Below are positions 13,761 through 25,558 of a stretch of DNA of 64,000 nt, in pieces (the first letter of the stretch is position 1; each line of letters opens with the position of its first letter). The DNA lies in NCBI GenBank assembly GCA_051294375.1, contig CM119268.1:23794773-23858772 (forward strand), read 5' to 3'. The notes below the pieces were generated by a model. That model worked only from the letters and a program-made list of their open reading frames with translations. It was not told the origin of the DNA and made no database searches. Both the position numbers and the translations under genes were made by a program. The stretch comes from Paraspadella gotoi (lineage: Eukaryota; Animalia; Chaetognatha).

Positions 13761-15168
13761 TAAAAAATAGAACGGTAAAGCATGTTAAAAGCTGTTTTAA
13801 TCTGGCCCGGACGCGCATGATCAAAGTCCTTGTTTTTTTTCGATCGAAAGTACTCATTAGATAACCCTATAACCAGTTTAAATACGGCCCGGATTGGGGC
13901 GCTTAAAATCGGCTTTACCCTGTGCGAATAAAACGTACACTCATTCGTATTTTGCAAATGAAAATTTAATTATAAATGAAAAACTCAAATTTAGATCCCA
14001 CCAGCGCTTCTAGCTGAAAACCGATAGTATAACAATTAAACCAGTTTCTTTTGATGGGTTGTTAGAACAAAAAAAAAATGAAAGGATTGAACTATGCAAG
14101 TTTTCACCTAAAAAAAACCAGTTTCATTGGTTGCTTTATCAAGCATTAAAGATTGCAAGAAATTTAAACCTTTTTCTTTTTTTTATTGTGTAGAGAAGAA
14201 CAAAAGGCTATCTCGAAAACCGTACTGATATGTATGATTTGTTCTTTTTCCAAAAGATCAAGCAGGCTTTTTGGGAAAAGGAAAAAACGGCCTGACCAGT
14301 CAAATTTAAATACCATTTTTTGGGCATGATAAAAAAGGAAATTTCGATCGCGCTCTACCTCCCGTTGGCTATTCCCAAGGAACCGCCAAGCTTCCCAGAA
14401 TCTGCCAATATTGTTAGAATTTTTATGGGCCGTAGAACTATGGCAGAGTTTTGAATAGAAGTGAAATATAAAGGAATCACTTGATCGGGAACTTCGATTC
14501 GAAACGATGCCGCAGCGCCCTAGTTTATGAACCTTTTTTATTCTCAGAATGTTGGGGTATCGAAACCCGAGAGATTAAGCAGGGGAAAAAATAATAAATT
14601 GGTTTTACCAATAATAACTAATTGATAATATTAACTATAATATAACAAAATATAAAACAAAAATTAAGTAAGCAACTAGGAAACGAGTTTTTAAGGTCAA
14701 CACGAATTTTTTATTTTATTGGGATATAAGTCGAACAAGGTTTCAACTCTTTATTTAAGAGTCTTAATTCAGCTGAAGAAGACCTCTTATAAAGTAGTTG
14801 AACTTGTCCGGACTTATATCCAATAATAAAATCGTTTGTTGACCTAAAAACTGTTTTTACTAATTTACAAAACCACAACGAAAAGAAAGAATCATACAAA
14901 GTTAAGCACGTGAATAGCCTGAGACTTAAATTGATGATGAATATGAAGATTGGTAACAACCATATAGAAAATTATCTCATTCATTTAAATAAATAAAATG
15001 CTATCTGCCCCTGACTTGCACAGTACAGGTGAAGCACACTCAAGAGACAAAAAATCTATTTGATATAATACGGACAAAGGATAATTTAGATGTGGAGATA
15101 GTATGATTAAACTAGTAATAAAATATTTTTTAATATAGTCTCGGGAACAGAGTAAAATATTTGGTAAA

Positions 15169-18100
15169 TGACTTAATAGGGAATTTTAAAGGAAGAAAAT
15201 AAGAAGACGTTTCCACCGAATTTATTTACAACATGTAATGATCAAAAATCATTTCAGAGAGAAAAACGACAATAACAAAAAAGAGAGAAAGACAATAGTA
15301 AAAAAAACAATAGAAGTCGAAACGAATCTCGTGGTCAATTAACTATTTACCTTAAGTCGTAGGTCACGATTTAGGTAAGTTTAAGAGTCGTTAAGGTTGT
15401 TGTTGTTGTCGTAGTTGTTGTCACCAAATATCCCCCCCCCAAGGCCTGTCAGCATCTTCATTGGTGGCAGGGGTTTAAATGTTGTGGCTTCATTATCTTG
15501 TCCGGTGGGAACAAGGTTGCTGGGATAGAGGAAAAGTTGTTTCACTGCTCTCGGTGGTTTGGAATCCGAGTAGGAGCAAGACCTTGCACGTGGTCGCCGG
15601 AATGGCATCGTGGTTCAGGTGAAGGGCTGGGCGTGGGGGTTTGAGGAACCCTGATTCCAGTGTCGAGTTTTTTTTTTGATGGGTGATGGAATCTTGTATA
15701 AGTGAATGGGTTGTTTGCGGGTGGTCCGGCCTCTTTTTGGAGCTTGGGGGTGGTTTCTGGTGGGTTTGTTGTAGTCGATGGAGCTGGTTTGACTCTGTCA
15801 ATTGTGACTGTGGTCGGGTCCGCGTCCAGGAATGTCCAGAGTCAAAGTTTCGTTTGCCCTCTTTGGATGACTCGGAATGACCTACATAGGGTTGCTGCAA
15901 TGCTCCATGCATTTGCCGGACGTATTAAGGAAACAAATTCTGCATTTTCCAAGGAGTTTGGAGATTCTTGTTGTGGTAAGGAGTGAGCAGAAGCTGGAGT
16001 GGGTCTCATTAGAGCGACTTCAGTCTTGATTTTGCAGCATCTCAGCTCGTTCGAGCGGCATCGGTAATCTGCTTTGGGTGAGATGGGGCCAGTAGCTCGC
16101 CTGGGATTGTGAGTGCTTCACCCATAACAAGTTCAGCCGGCGAGGCATCAATTCCTCTTATGGGTTGTCGAAGGCAAGCGCACCCAAGGAAGTTGTGATG
16201 TCCACTTGTCTGCTGTGGGCCTCGCAGCGAGCTTTTTAGGGGATGCTTTTAGTGTCCTGTGCCATCTCTCTATCATCCCGTTTGACTGGGGATGGTAGGC
16301 TGTAGTTTATGCAAAGTTTGAGCCAACCATTTCTGGAAAGTTGGTGCCAATTTCGGAACCGTAAATTTGATCCACCAATCAGTTGTGACTGTAGCTGGAA
16401 TCCCAAAAACGTGAAATCCAATTTTTGGAGGAAAAAAGCAGCAGCAACTGTGGCAGTGGAGGTGTCGCGTAATGGGAATAGCCTCTGGCCAACGGGTATA
16501 CCCGGTCAATGCAACGTTAAAAGGTGGGTGTGCCTGCTTGTGCTGGTAAGGGTCCCACCAGTCCAATATGGACGTGCTCAAAACCGGCGCTCTGGTGGTT
16601 TGAATTGGTTGCAGTGGAGCTTGGACGTGTTGTTGGACCTTTGACCTCTGGCAAGTGATGCAGGAGCGTGTCCATTCTGCTATGTCCGTTTGGGCCGCGG
16701 GGCCATGTGATATCGGCATGTCACAAGCTTTTTTGTTGCTCTTACACCCGGATGAGAGAGACCAGAAATTGCGTCGAAAATTTTTCGACGCCAGTGTTGG
16801 GTACCAGCGACGCGCCCGACCACTACTGACGTCGCAGAGGTATGTTGGCACCATCAACCTTGACATTTTGGAAACGCAAAGAGGTATGTGCGTCTGCTGA
16901 GAAGGCGATGTGTATCAGGGTCATGATTTTGGGTCCGCCGCCAAATGCAGTAAAATCGATGCCGTGGTCTGTGATGAGTTGATTGTAGCTCCAGAGTGGG
17001 TGCTGCGGCAGGTGGAAGTGGAGCGCGCGAGAGGCATCAGCAAACAATTTGCTTTGCCCTCTATGTGGCACATCTGTTGTATATTCCGTATGGCCGCCAG
17101 CTGATACGTTTGTCTCATTGTATTGAGGCTCAGTTTTTTTTGCCGAATTGCGGGAACTAAACTGTTGTGATCGGAAACAGCAAACAAAACGGGCGTCCTT
17201 CAATGTGCGGGCGAAAAATGGCGAACCGCGACGAAAGGCTGCAAGAAGTTCGCGGTCAAACGGTGGCCACTGGCGCTGCGAGGCCCGCCGAAGGAGGGGA
17301 AGAAAAGAACCCAGTGGGTTTCCACTCGCCATCAACGGCCTGCTCGGAGCACTGCACCATGGCAGAGAGAGAAGCATCGACCGTTTAGGGCAAGCGGCGC
17401 GCCGCCGATTGGGTGCACAAGGAGGGTGGCGTCTGCGAGAGGTTTTTGGCTGCCTGAATGCCGCGTCATGTTTTTCTGTCCATTGCAGTCTTTCGGGGCT
17501 TGCCTCGAGCTGAGTCGTAGAGGGGCTCGAGGATGTGGGCGGCAATGGCGCCATGAACCGTCTGTAATAGTTCAGGACTCGAGGAAAACGCTGGAGTTTC
17601 CTAATGGTCGTGGGGTTGGGAAAATTGCCGGGGATGTCAAGCAACGGCGAGATGGCAATGGCTTTACCTCGCGGGGGCATCAAACTTGGGTATCCAGGAC
17701 TCCAGTGATGAGCGCCAAAAACACCACTTTGCCCTGTTCACTATGAGGCCGTTTTTTTCGAGGGCATCGGAAGACTCGTTTGACATCCTCTGTTTTGTTG
17801 CTCCTGTGGATGCGAAGCGACGAGAATGTCGTCTAAGTATACAAACACATGAGGGATGCCCTGCAGGATTGCCATCCATCATGCGTTGGAAAAACCTGTG
17901 CTGGCATTTTGAGGCCGAATGGGGTGCGGAGGTATTCCCATGATCCAATGGTGTGAATGATGGCCGTCTTCTTAACGTGAGCTGGGTGGACGGGGATTTG
18001 ATTGGACCCCTTGAAAAGATCAAATTTTGAAAAGACCTTTTTTGGCCCGCAATCTCGGCGTTGAAAGCGGCGATGTGCCTTATTGGGTATCGGTCATCTT

Positions 18101-20614
18101 TGGTGACAGTGTTGAGACGCCGATAGTCACCGCATCCTCGCAGGCTGCCCCATCGGGCTTCTTCACACATGTAGGGGAGAAGGCCCCAAGCACTGCGACC
18201 TCCGCCTGATGATGCCCAGCTTCTCCAGCTTTTCCAAACTCGGCTTTACCGGCCGCGAGCTTTCTGGGCTAATTGGCGGGCTTGTGCGTGAACTGGTGTC
18301 CCTCCGTAGGTAATGAAAGTGTTCACTCCGGTGTTTGGGGGTTGATGGGTCGAAGGAGGGCGTTGTCAAGTCCTGGCCGTGCATCAAGCTCTGGGTGTAG
18401 ACATTGGTGAACGGTTGTTTACACGAAATGGAGCGCCCGTTGGCGGAATTTTTCCTGGCGACAGTGGAAAAATCTTTGCAGTCGACCCCAACACCTTCAT
18501 TTCGGGGAAAGGCGCGAGGTCGTACTCCATCAGAAGGTCGTTTCCTAAGATGGGTGTAAGAACATCTGCGATAACGAAGATCCCATGTGAATTTGCGTCG
18601 ACCTAAATTGAATCGTCATCTTTCGATGGCCGTAAACATGAATGGGAGACCCCGTGTGGCGGCATGAGGGGCGTGGCGGTTGGTCCAATGTTTCGCTCTG
18701 CAGAGTTTGGAGCGACGAGAGAGACGCATGGCGCCGTATCCACTAGCCATGTGGGCCGTGTGGCGTTATCGCGGACGTGTAAGCAGGTTTTCCGATTCGC
18801 CGGCTCAGCGGGCTATACTTCCCGGCCGCCGGCTCTCTCGTGTCCCCGGCTGGCATGGGTTGACGACACTTCCTGCCTCATCTCCAATTGCAGTGGAACC
18901 AGTCAGACTTGCCGCTGGAAGCGTCTGGATTTTCGGGCACTCGTTGCATTTGAGGGGCTTGTTGATGCGGCACACGCTTTTCGGTCGTTGCGCAGCAGAT
19001 GAAACCGAGCTGAGGCACCAATGGCACATACTTTCAGCGTATGAGCGTGGGAGTTATCGTCCGTCGTCTGGTCTCCTGGTTTCGTGTCGGCCATACAGGC
19101 ATGCACCGAGGTGATTGAGCTGTTAGGAGGTTGACAACGAGATTACCGGGCGTTGTCGTAAAACGCCGTCAGCGGCGCAGCAGCACTTTGAGGGGAGTTT
19201 TGAGTCCAGTAATGGCGACGCTTGTTACATGAGGAGGAAGGGCGTTTTGGCCTAACATTTCTTGAAGAGAGTTTTGCATGTCGAGTTCACGGAAAGTCCG
19301 GATTCCCAATATGGTGGCGAGCTGAGATGGGGTTCGTCCCGAATTGGAGAGTTGGGGTTTGAGAGCCGCGGGCCGCGAGTTGCTCTTCTTACCACCAAAG
19401 AGTGAGGAAAAGCTTTCTTTGACAGGTCTCGGATGAGGGCGAACGGTCCAGGTTGTAGAGGTCCTCGAATAGGACCTGATCCAGAAGGGATCGAGTCGCA
19501 GAAAACATGACTAGCTTTGGCGTGGGTGTCGTCGACGCCAGCGACGCCAAAACGCCGCTATCTGAGCAGCTATCCAGATCTTGACATTGGCTGGAATCAA
19601 ACGGTGGGGAGCTTTGGCGTGCGTGCGGGCGAGGGGCGGGAGGTGGAGGCGGGGGCAACGTCGGGAAAGTTGGAAAGGTGAAATGCGGTTCCGAATGTAT
19701 CCTCATAGACTCGGCGGTTTAGGCAGTTGAACAGTTTTGGGTGGCGCGGAAGGCGCGGCGCCGATAGTGGATTGGGGCGGGCAAGCTACCCGCGAGCGTT
19801 CGCAGCATTGAGACAACTGGGGCGACAGTTCAGTTGGCAGCATGGAAGGAAGCAGGCGCGGCGCCCGGGAACAGGCGCGGCGTCACCGCGCGCCAGGTAT
19901 TTCCTAGGCGAGGGCGTTTTGGGTGCCGGTTGCAGCCCGGCGCGAGGCGACGGACAGTGGCTTGACGGAAGGTCGCGCCTATGATCGTGTGACTTCTTCG
20001 CGAGGATTGGAAGGCCAATGGTGATTGGGGCAGAGCAGCTTGGAGGAGCAACTCGAGGTGGCCACGAGACCGGTTTTCGGCGCCGGCGACAAGGTTTTTG
20101 CCCTGGGAGATCCAGCGCCGGGGGTCCAGGCATCAGGGGGCCGGAACGGCGCCAGCCGGGCTGGGCCGCCATGAGTGTCCCAACATGTCCGGCAGGCGTC
20201 GGGAGCAGTCGCGACGCGACGCGAGGGCCCGGACACTTACGGGGCGCGCTCTTCCATGTCGATGGCGTTACGAGATTCGTGAGAGAGCGTAGTTTATAAG
20301 GCGCAGTTCTTTTGCTGGTTTCCGGCTTACAGAAAGACTTGATAGGAATTTAAAGAAGAAAATAAAGAAGTTTCACGAATTTATTTACAACATGTAATGA
20401 TCATAAAATCATTTTTCAGAGAGAAAAAAACGACAATAACACAAAAAGAGAGAAAAAGACCAATAGTAAAAATAAACCAATAAGAGTCGAAACCGAAATC
20501 TCGTGGTCAATAAACTATTTGACCTTAAGTCGTGGTCCGTTTAGGTAAGTTTAAGAGATATTGGATCGTTAGAGGTTGTTGTATGTTAGTGTCGTAGTTG
20601 TTGTCACCAAAACA
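15169..20614 (-). mobile_element. Ty3/Gypsy LTR retrotransposon, frameshifted (element A)
   Basis: Direct repeats of ~260-280 bp at ~15169-15430 and ~20336-20614, with a C-run (PPT) at 15432-15440. Minus-strand fragments of RT (CGDYRRLNTVTKDDRYPI), RNase H (WPPFDRELLAAF) and integrase (CITCQRSK, TRWPEAIPI). Confidence 0.9.
15560..18760 (-). pseudogene. pol: pol of element A (PR-RT-RH-IN), broken by many indels
   Basis: ORF fragments 17664-18170, 16823-17683 and 16273-16866 follow the domain order of the intact Pol at 53975-57952. Boundaries are approximate. Confidence 0.8.
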
Positions 20615-21960
20615 ATATGTATCTCTTATAGGTAATTTCTTATAATTTTAATAGTCAATTATAAGAATGAATTTTTCTCAAATTAAATTAGTCCATAATA
20701 AAATTTTAAATTAGTCTTCCATATTAATGAAGGTGATTAATTTTAATCTCGAACAAATAAGACTAATAAATATTATCTATATGTTTTTAAATTTAATTTT
20801 TAACTAGTAGCTAACGTCTTCATAAATTAATTAAAATTTTTTATGTGATAAAATGGAAGGTGAAAATTCCAGAACTTTTTTATCTCTTTATATATGGTTA
20901 ATAACGTTTTAGGGTCCGTTTTTTGTGGTTTAACATTAATATTATAACATTTTTTAAAAGTTTTTTAGTTTTTTTGGCGAATCCATCATGTTCTTAAATA
21001 GAATAAATAAATATTTTGAAATTTTATGATTTTATAAGTATTACTACATGAATAATATTAATATACTATAGACTGTTATGCTTTAAAAAAATTAAAGGAT
21101 TTTAAATTCATTAATTACATGTCTATATATATGCAGCAAAAAAATAAGTTCAATCGCTCAATCTTTTACTCACTCCACCCTATTGGACAGGCTTTGGTGT
21201 TTTAGGCCTCCATCACTCTTTACAGATAATGACATAGCAGGTCCCTAAAATTCCTTAAAATAAAAAAAAAAAAGATTGGATTTTTTATATTTTATGTGCT
21301 ATTATTGATCTGCTATCTCTTTCTCTGTTAGTATGTCGCCACTTACATTAAGAATGCCATAACTTGGTGAATACTTCATCAATTTAGTTCATAATGGATA
21401 AGAAGGATAAGGTATCATCAGATTCTCTCACATATAATATATATCATACTTTTGCAGTCACGTTAAAATACGTTCAATGATCTGAAAATTCAAAGTGGCG
21501 TGATTTTTTGAAATACTGAAATATTTTAATCAATTTTTAGCCTACTCGTAATGTATTTATAAAGATTGTGGTGGCATAAAAGCTACATATATTTTATACA
21601 TGCCACATGACAGCAGTCTACCGGAAACGTGATCACAGAATAAATGAAGCATATTTCACAAAATTCTTGGTTGCTTTAGTTGAAACTTTGTTATGTTTGT
21701 TACACATACTTTTCATAGTTATGTAGTCCTATGGGCGCAACACATTGGAAGGACCGGNNNNNNNNNNNNNNNNNNNNNNNNNTGTTAAGAACGTTTTAAG
21801 TTCGTTTTCTGCGATTTAGTTCTAACATTTAAAATATAATATAACAAGTATTTTTAAAGTTTCTTAGTTTTTTATGGCAAATCAAATCTGTTCTTAAAAG
21901 AAAATAAAAATATTTTGAATTTTCATGATTTTATAAGGATATTACTACATTGAATATATC

Positions 21961-22624
21961 TGAAGAGACAGTAATTATTGATAAGTGTTAATGACAGAAC
22001 CGTTCGATATAAGCAGTCCCTGAGCTTCGGATCAGGTTGTAACAACCATGTTACAGGCGGGTTAGCGCCCGTCCCTCTTAACTGCAGGGGCGCCACTGGG
22101 CAGAACCCTGGACCTTTGGCATTGGGAGGCGAATGACTTTCCTCTGGCACCAATGGCCACTGATGAACGGTTGGTGGTTTTAGTCCCACCATACAATCCC
22201 CCCTCCGTAGGGAAAGTCTGTTGCTCTCTTCAGTAAATTATTGTTGTTGGTGGAAAGTGCGTCACCGAGTTGAGGCATGTCGCCTGAGTGTTGTTGGTGG
22301 AAATTACATCGCCAGGTTAAGGCATGTCGCCTGAAAGTGTTGTTGTTGCTGTTGTGTTCGAAGTCGGGCTCACCAATGAAAGAGACAGGAATTATTGATA
22401 AGTGTTAATGACAGAAACTGTTCAATATAAGCAGTTCCCTGAGTTCGGATCAGGGTGTAACACCATGTTTACAGGTGGGTTAAGCGCCGCTGTCCCTTCT
22501 TAACTGCTAGGGCGGCCACGCGGGCTAGAACCCTGGGACCTTTGGGTTTGGGAGGCGGACATGACTTGCCTCCGGCACCAATGGCCGCTGATGAACGGTT
22601 GGTGGATTTTGTCCACCTAATACA
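21961..22624 (-). mobile_element. TRIM-type miniature LTR retroelement
   Basis: Two ~240-bp TG...CA direct repeats (21961-22195 and 22377-22624) around a 181-bp non-coding interior. PBS TGGTGAGCCCGAC (22363-22375) and PPT GGAGGGGGGAT (22196-22206) lie on the minus strand. TATAC-like TSD; empty site at ~21062. Confidence 0.85.
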
Positions 22625-24605
22625 TATACTGTATACTGTTATGCTTTAAAAAAAATTTAAAGGATTTTTAAATTCATTAATTACATGTCTATATATAGGC
22701 AGCAAAAAAATAAAGTTCAATCGCTAATCTTTTCATCACTCCACCCTATTGGACAGGCTTTGGTGTTTAGGCCTCCATACCTCTTACAAGATAATGACAT
22801 AGCAGGTCCCTAAAATTCCTTAAAAATCAAAAAAAAAATAAGAATGGATTTTTATATTTTATGCTACTATTAGCACCTTTCCTGTTGATCTTCCTATCTC
22901 TTTCCTCTGTTAGTAGTCCCACTTACATTAAGAATGCTCATAACTTGGTGAATACTTCATCAATTTAGTTCATAATTGGTAAGAAGAAGATAAGGTATCA
23001 TCAGATTCTCTCACATATAATATATATCATACTCTTTGCAGTCACTTTAAAATACGTTCACATGACTTGAAAATTCAAAGTGGCGTGATTTTTGAAATAC
23101 TGAAATATTTTAATCAATTTTTAGCCTACTGTAAGGTTATCTATAAAGATTGTGGTACATAAAAACTACATTTATTTTATATGCACACGCGAGTACTACG
23201 GTAACGTGATCACAAAATAAATGAAGCATATTTCACAAAATTCTTGGTTGCTTTAGTTGAAACTTTTGTTATGTTTGTTACACATACCTTTCATAGTTAT
23301 GTAGTCCGAAAAGTACTGTGGCGCAACACATTGGAAGACCCTTGTAATAAAATCTATGTTAAGAAGTGATGCCAGTCAAACAATGTGATGCTTTCACTTT
23401 ATGGCATCACGGGACTTCAGAGACTTCAGACTATCTGAGTTTCTCTCGCTATTAACTTTTGAACAACCGCAAAAACAGTAAAACAGTAGTGCAAACGAAA
23501 TGGAAATTAAATGATAATATTTACAATGATAGTCATTGAAACAATCAGAGGTTTTCATCATAAAGCAACCATAAGCAATGTTAATATGAATTTGAAATGC
23601 CACAAGCAGAGAAGTCAAATTATATTTTATTATTGGTGTTTGAAAAATATTTACAAAAACAAATGTTAACAAATAAACACCAATTAGCATCTCTCCAAAA
23701 ATACTACATACAAACTAGAATGTCTTTAAAAATTAAAGTCTTCACCCTAAATAGATTTGATCGAAAATCTCTTTAGATTGAACCACAAGGCATGCTATTG
23801 AAATGTTGCTTTCCTTGACAATGTAGTAAAACAACCGGGTTTTCTTATCTTGATACTGAGGATCTCTCTGGATATTTATTTTTCCACCGTTTTGTATCAA
23901 CTGTTTAAATACTAAAGTCATAAGTTTGAGACAAGTTTGAACACAGGTGGAAGTTTTCAAATTTTCTGAACTCGCGTTTGCATTTTTGAAAAGTAAATAG
24001 TCTTTAACACGCTCTTTTTTGAGAAAGCGGAGCTGTTCAAGCGAATAAAATTATTGTTTCAACGAATTGCAAACTCTCTACGATCAATCCTTTGGTCCAA
24101 GATGGCACGCGACTTTGCAGGAGGAGCGAAATTAACTTCTCTGTTACTTTCAGATTGGATCCGGCATAGACCGTCCTTGTAATAAAATCTATGTTAAGAA
24201 GTGATGCCAGTCAAACAATGTGATGCTTTCACTTTATGGCATCACGGGACTTCAGAGACTTCAGACTATCTGAGTTTCTCTCGCTATTAACTTTTGAACA
24301 ACCGCAAAAAACAGTAAACAGTAGTGCAACGAAATTGGAAATTAAATGATAATATTTACAATGATAGTCATTTGAACAATCAGAGGTTTTCATCATAAAG
24401 CAACCATAAGCAATGTTAATATGAAATTTGAAATGCCACAAGCAGAGAAGTCAAATTATATTTTATTATTGGTTTTAAAAATATTTACAAAAACAAATTT
24501 AACAAATAAACACCAATTAGCATCTCTCCAAAAATACTACATACAAACTAGAATGTCTTTAAAAATTAAAGTCTCTCACCCTAAATATATTTGATCAAAA
24601 TCTCT

Positions 24606-25217
24606 TTAGATTGAACCTAAACCAAGCATGCTATTGATATGTTGCTTTTCCTTGACAATGTAGTAAACAACCGGTTTCTTATCTTGATACTGAGGATCTC
24701 TCTGGATATTTATTTTTCCACCGTTTTGTATCAACTGTTTAATACTAAACATAAGTTTGAGACAAGTTTGAACACAGGTGGAAGTTTCAAATATTTCTTG
24801 ACTCGCGTTTACATTTTTGATGATGATTTCTATGGAATAAATTGTCTTTACCACGTCTTTTTGAGGAAGCGACTGTTCAAGCAATAAAATTATTGTTTCC
24901 AACGAATTGCAAAACTCTCTACGATCATCTTTGGTCCAAATGGCACCGACTTTCAGGAGGAGCGAAATAACTTCTTTGTTACTTTCAATGACCGCATAGT
25001 GTAGCGGCGATAGGTTCCACTTGTCTCTTGCATTGACATCAGCACCAAGATTCAAGAGAAACTCAACAATGGAAACTATACCAGCATAGACAGCAAGATG
25101 GAGAGGATAACAGCCGTCAAACAGGCTGTAGTCTCCACCAGAACTTAAAACACCATCAAACTGGAAAGAGAGAACCCTTTCAATTCCGTAATTGTCAATC
25201 ACCTCTTTCATCTTTTC
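24606..25217 (-). CDS. C-terminal part of an ankyrin-repeat protein (paralogue of the 36-39 kb STAND gene); 5' end lost in an N-gap
   Basis: Ankyrin consensus YPLHLAVYAGIVSIVEFLLNLGADVNARDKWNLSPLHYAV...EVISLLLKVGA. Flanking residues (EKMKE; GAIWTKDDRREFCNSLETII) match the 3' end of the 36-39 kb gene. Confidence 0.8.
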   Translation of the reverse strand, partial: EKMKEVIDNYGIERVLSFQFDGVLSSGGDYSLFDGCYPLHLAVYAGIVSIVEFLLNLGADVNARDKWNLSPLHYAVIESNKEVISLLLKVGAIWTKDDRREFCNSLETIILLLEQSLPQKDVVKTIYSIEIIIKNVNASQEIFETSTCVQTCLKLMFSIKQLIQNGGKINIQRDPQYQDKKPVVYYIVKEKQHINSMLGLGSI

Positions 25218-25228
25218 NNNNNNNNNNG

Positions 25229-25558
25229 ATGTGTTGTTGGTGGGAAATTACATCGCCAGGTTAAGGCATGTCGCCTGAAAGTGTTGTTGTTGCTGTTGTG
25301 TTCGGAAGTCGGGCTCACCAATGAAGAGACAGGAATTATTGATAAGTGTTAATGACAGAACTGTTCAATATAAGCAGTCCCTGAGGTTCGGATCAGGGTG
25401 TAACACCATGTTACAGGTGGGTTAAGCGCCCTGTCCCTCTTAACTGCTAGGCGGCCACCGGGCTAGAACCCTGGACCTTTGGGTTGGGAGGCGAATGACT
25501 TGCCTCCGGCACCAATGGCCGCTGATGAACGGTTGGTGGATTTTAGTCCACCATAATA
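25229..25558 (-). mobile_element. Second TRIM copy (interior + PBS + 5' LTR; truncated by an N-gap). A third noisy LTR fragment lies at ~30670-30810
   Basis: Near-identical to 22290-22624 with the same downstream flank. Confidence 0.8.
25451..25522 (-). ncRNA. tRNA-like (tRNA-Gly CCC-like) sequence inside the TRIM LTR; also at ~22512-22588 and ~22089-22160
   Basis: Minus strand, 72 nt: GCGGCCA TT GGTGCCGGAGGCAAGTC A TTCGC CTCCCAA CCCAA AGGTC CAGGG TTCTAG CCCGG TGGCCGC. Perfect 7-bp acceptor stem, A-box-like and B-box-like motifs and a CTCCCAA loop; the anticodon stem is degenerate. Confidence 0.6.

Larger units (their letters stand above)
9451..14520. mobile_element. Non-autonomous TIR DNA element (~5 kb) with ~9-bp TSD, carrying nested repeats
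   Basis: Left end GGGGGCTGTGCATCGTTT; reverse complement of the right end GGGCGCTGCGGCATCGTTT. Flanks are agtattatg and agtttatg, and the empty site reads aagtttatga at 5071. No transposase ORF seen. Confidence 0.65.

Noticed and set aside
23394-23690. Recurrent Cys-rich ORF (CFMMKTSDCFNDYHCKYY), also at 24229 and 35756
   Set aside because: It recurs only because the segment is duplicated. Starts differ between copies, there is no recognisable domain, and it lies in the probable 3' flank of the STAND gene.
25490-25535. Possible hammerhead in the TRIM LTR (TC-CGGC...GCCG-CTGATGA on the + strand), which would make it a retrozyme
   Set aside because: There is no GAAA box or stem II in the right place; the segment is better explained by the minus-strand tRNA-like fold.
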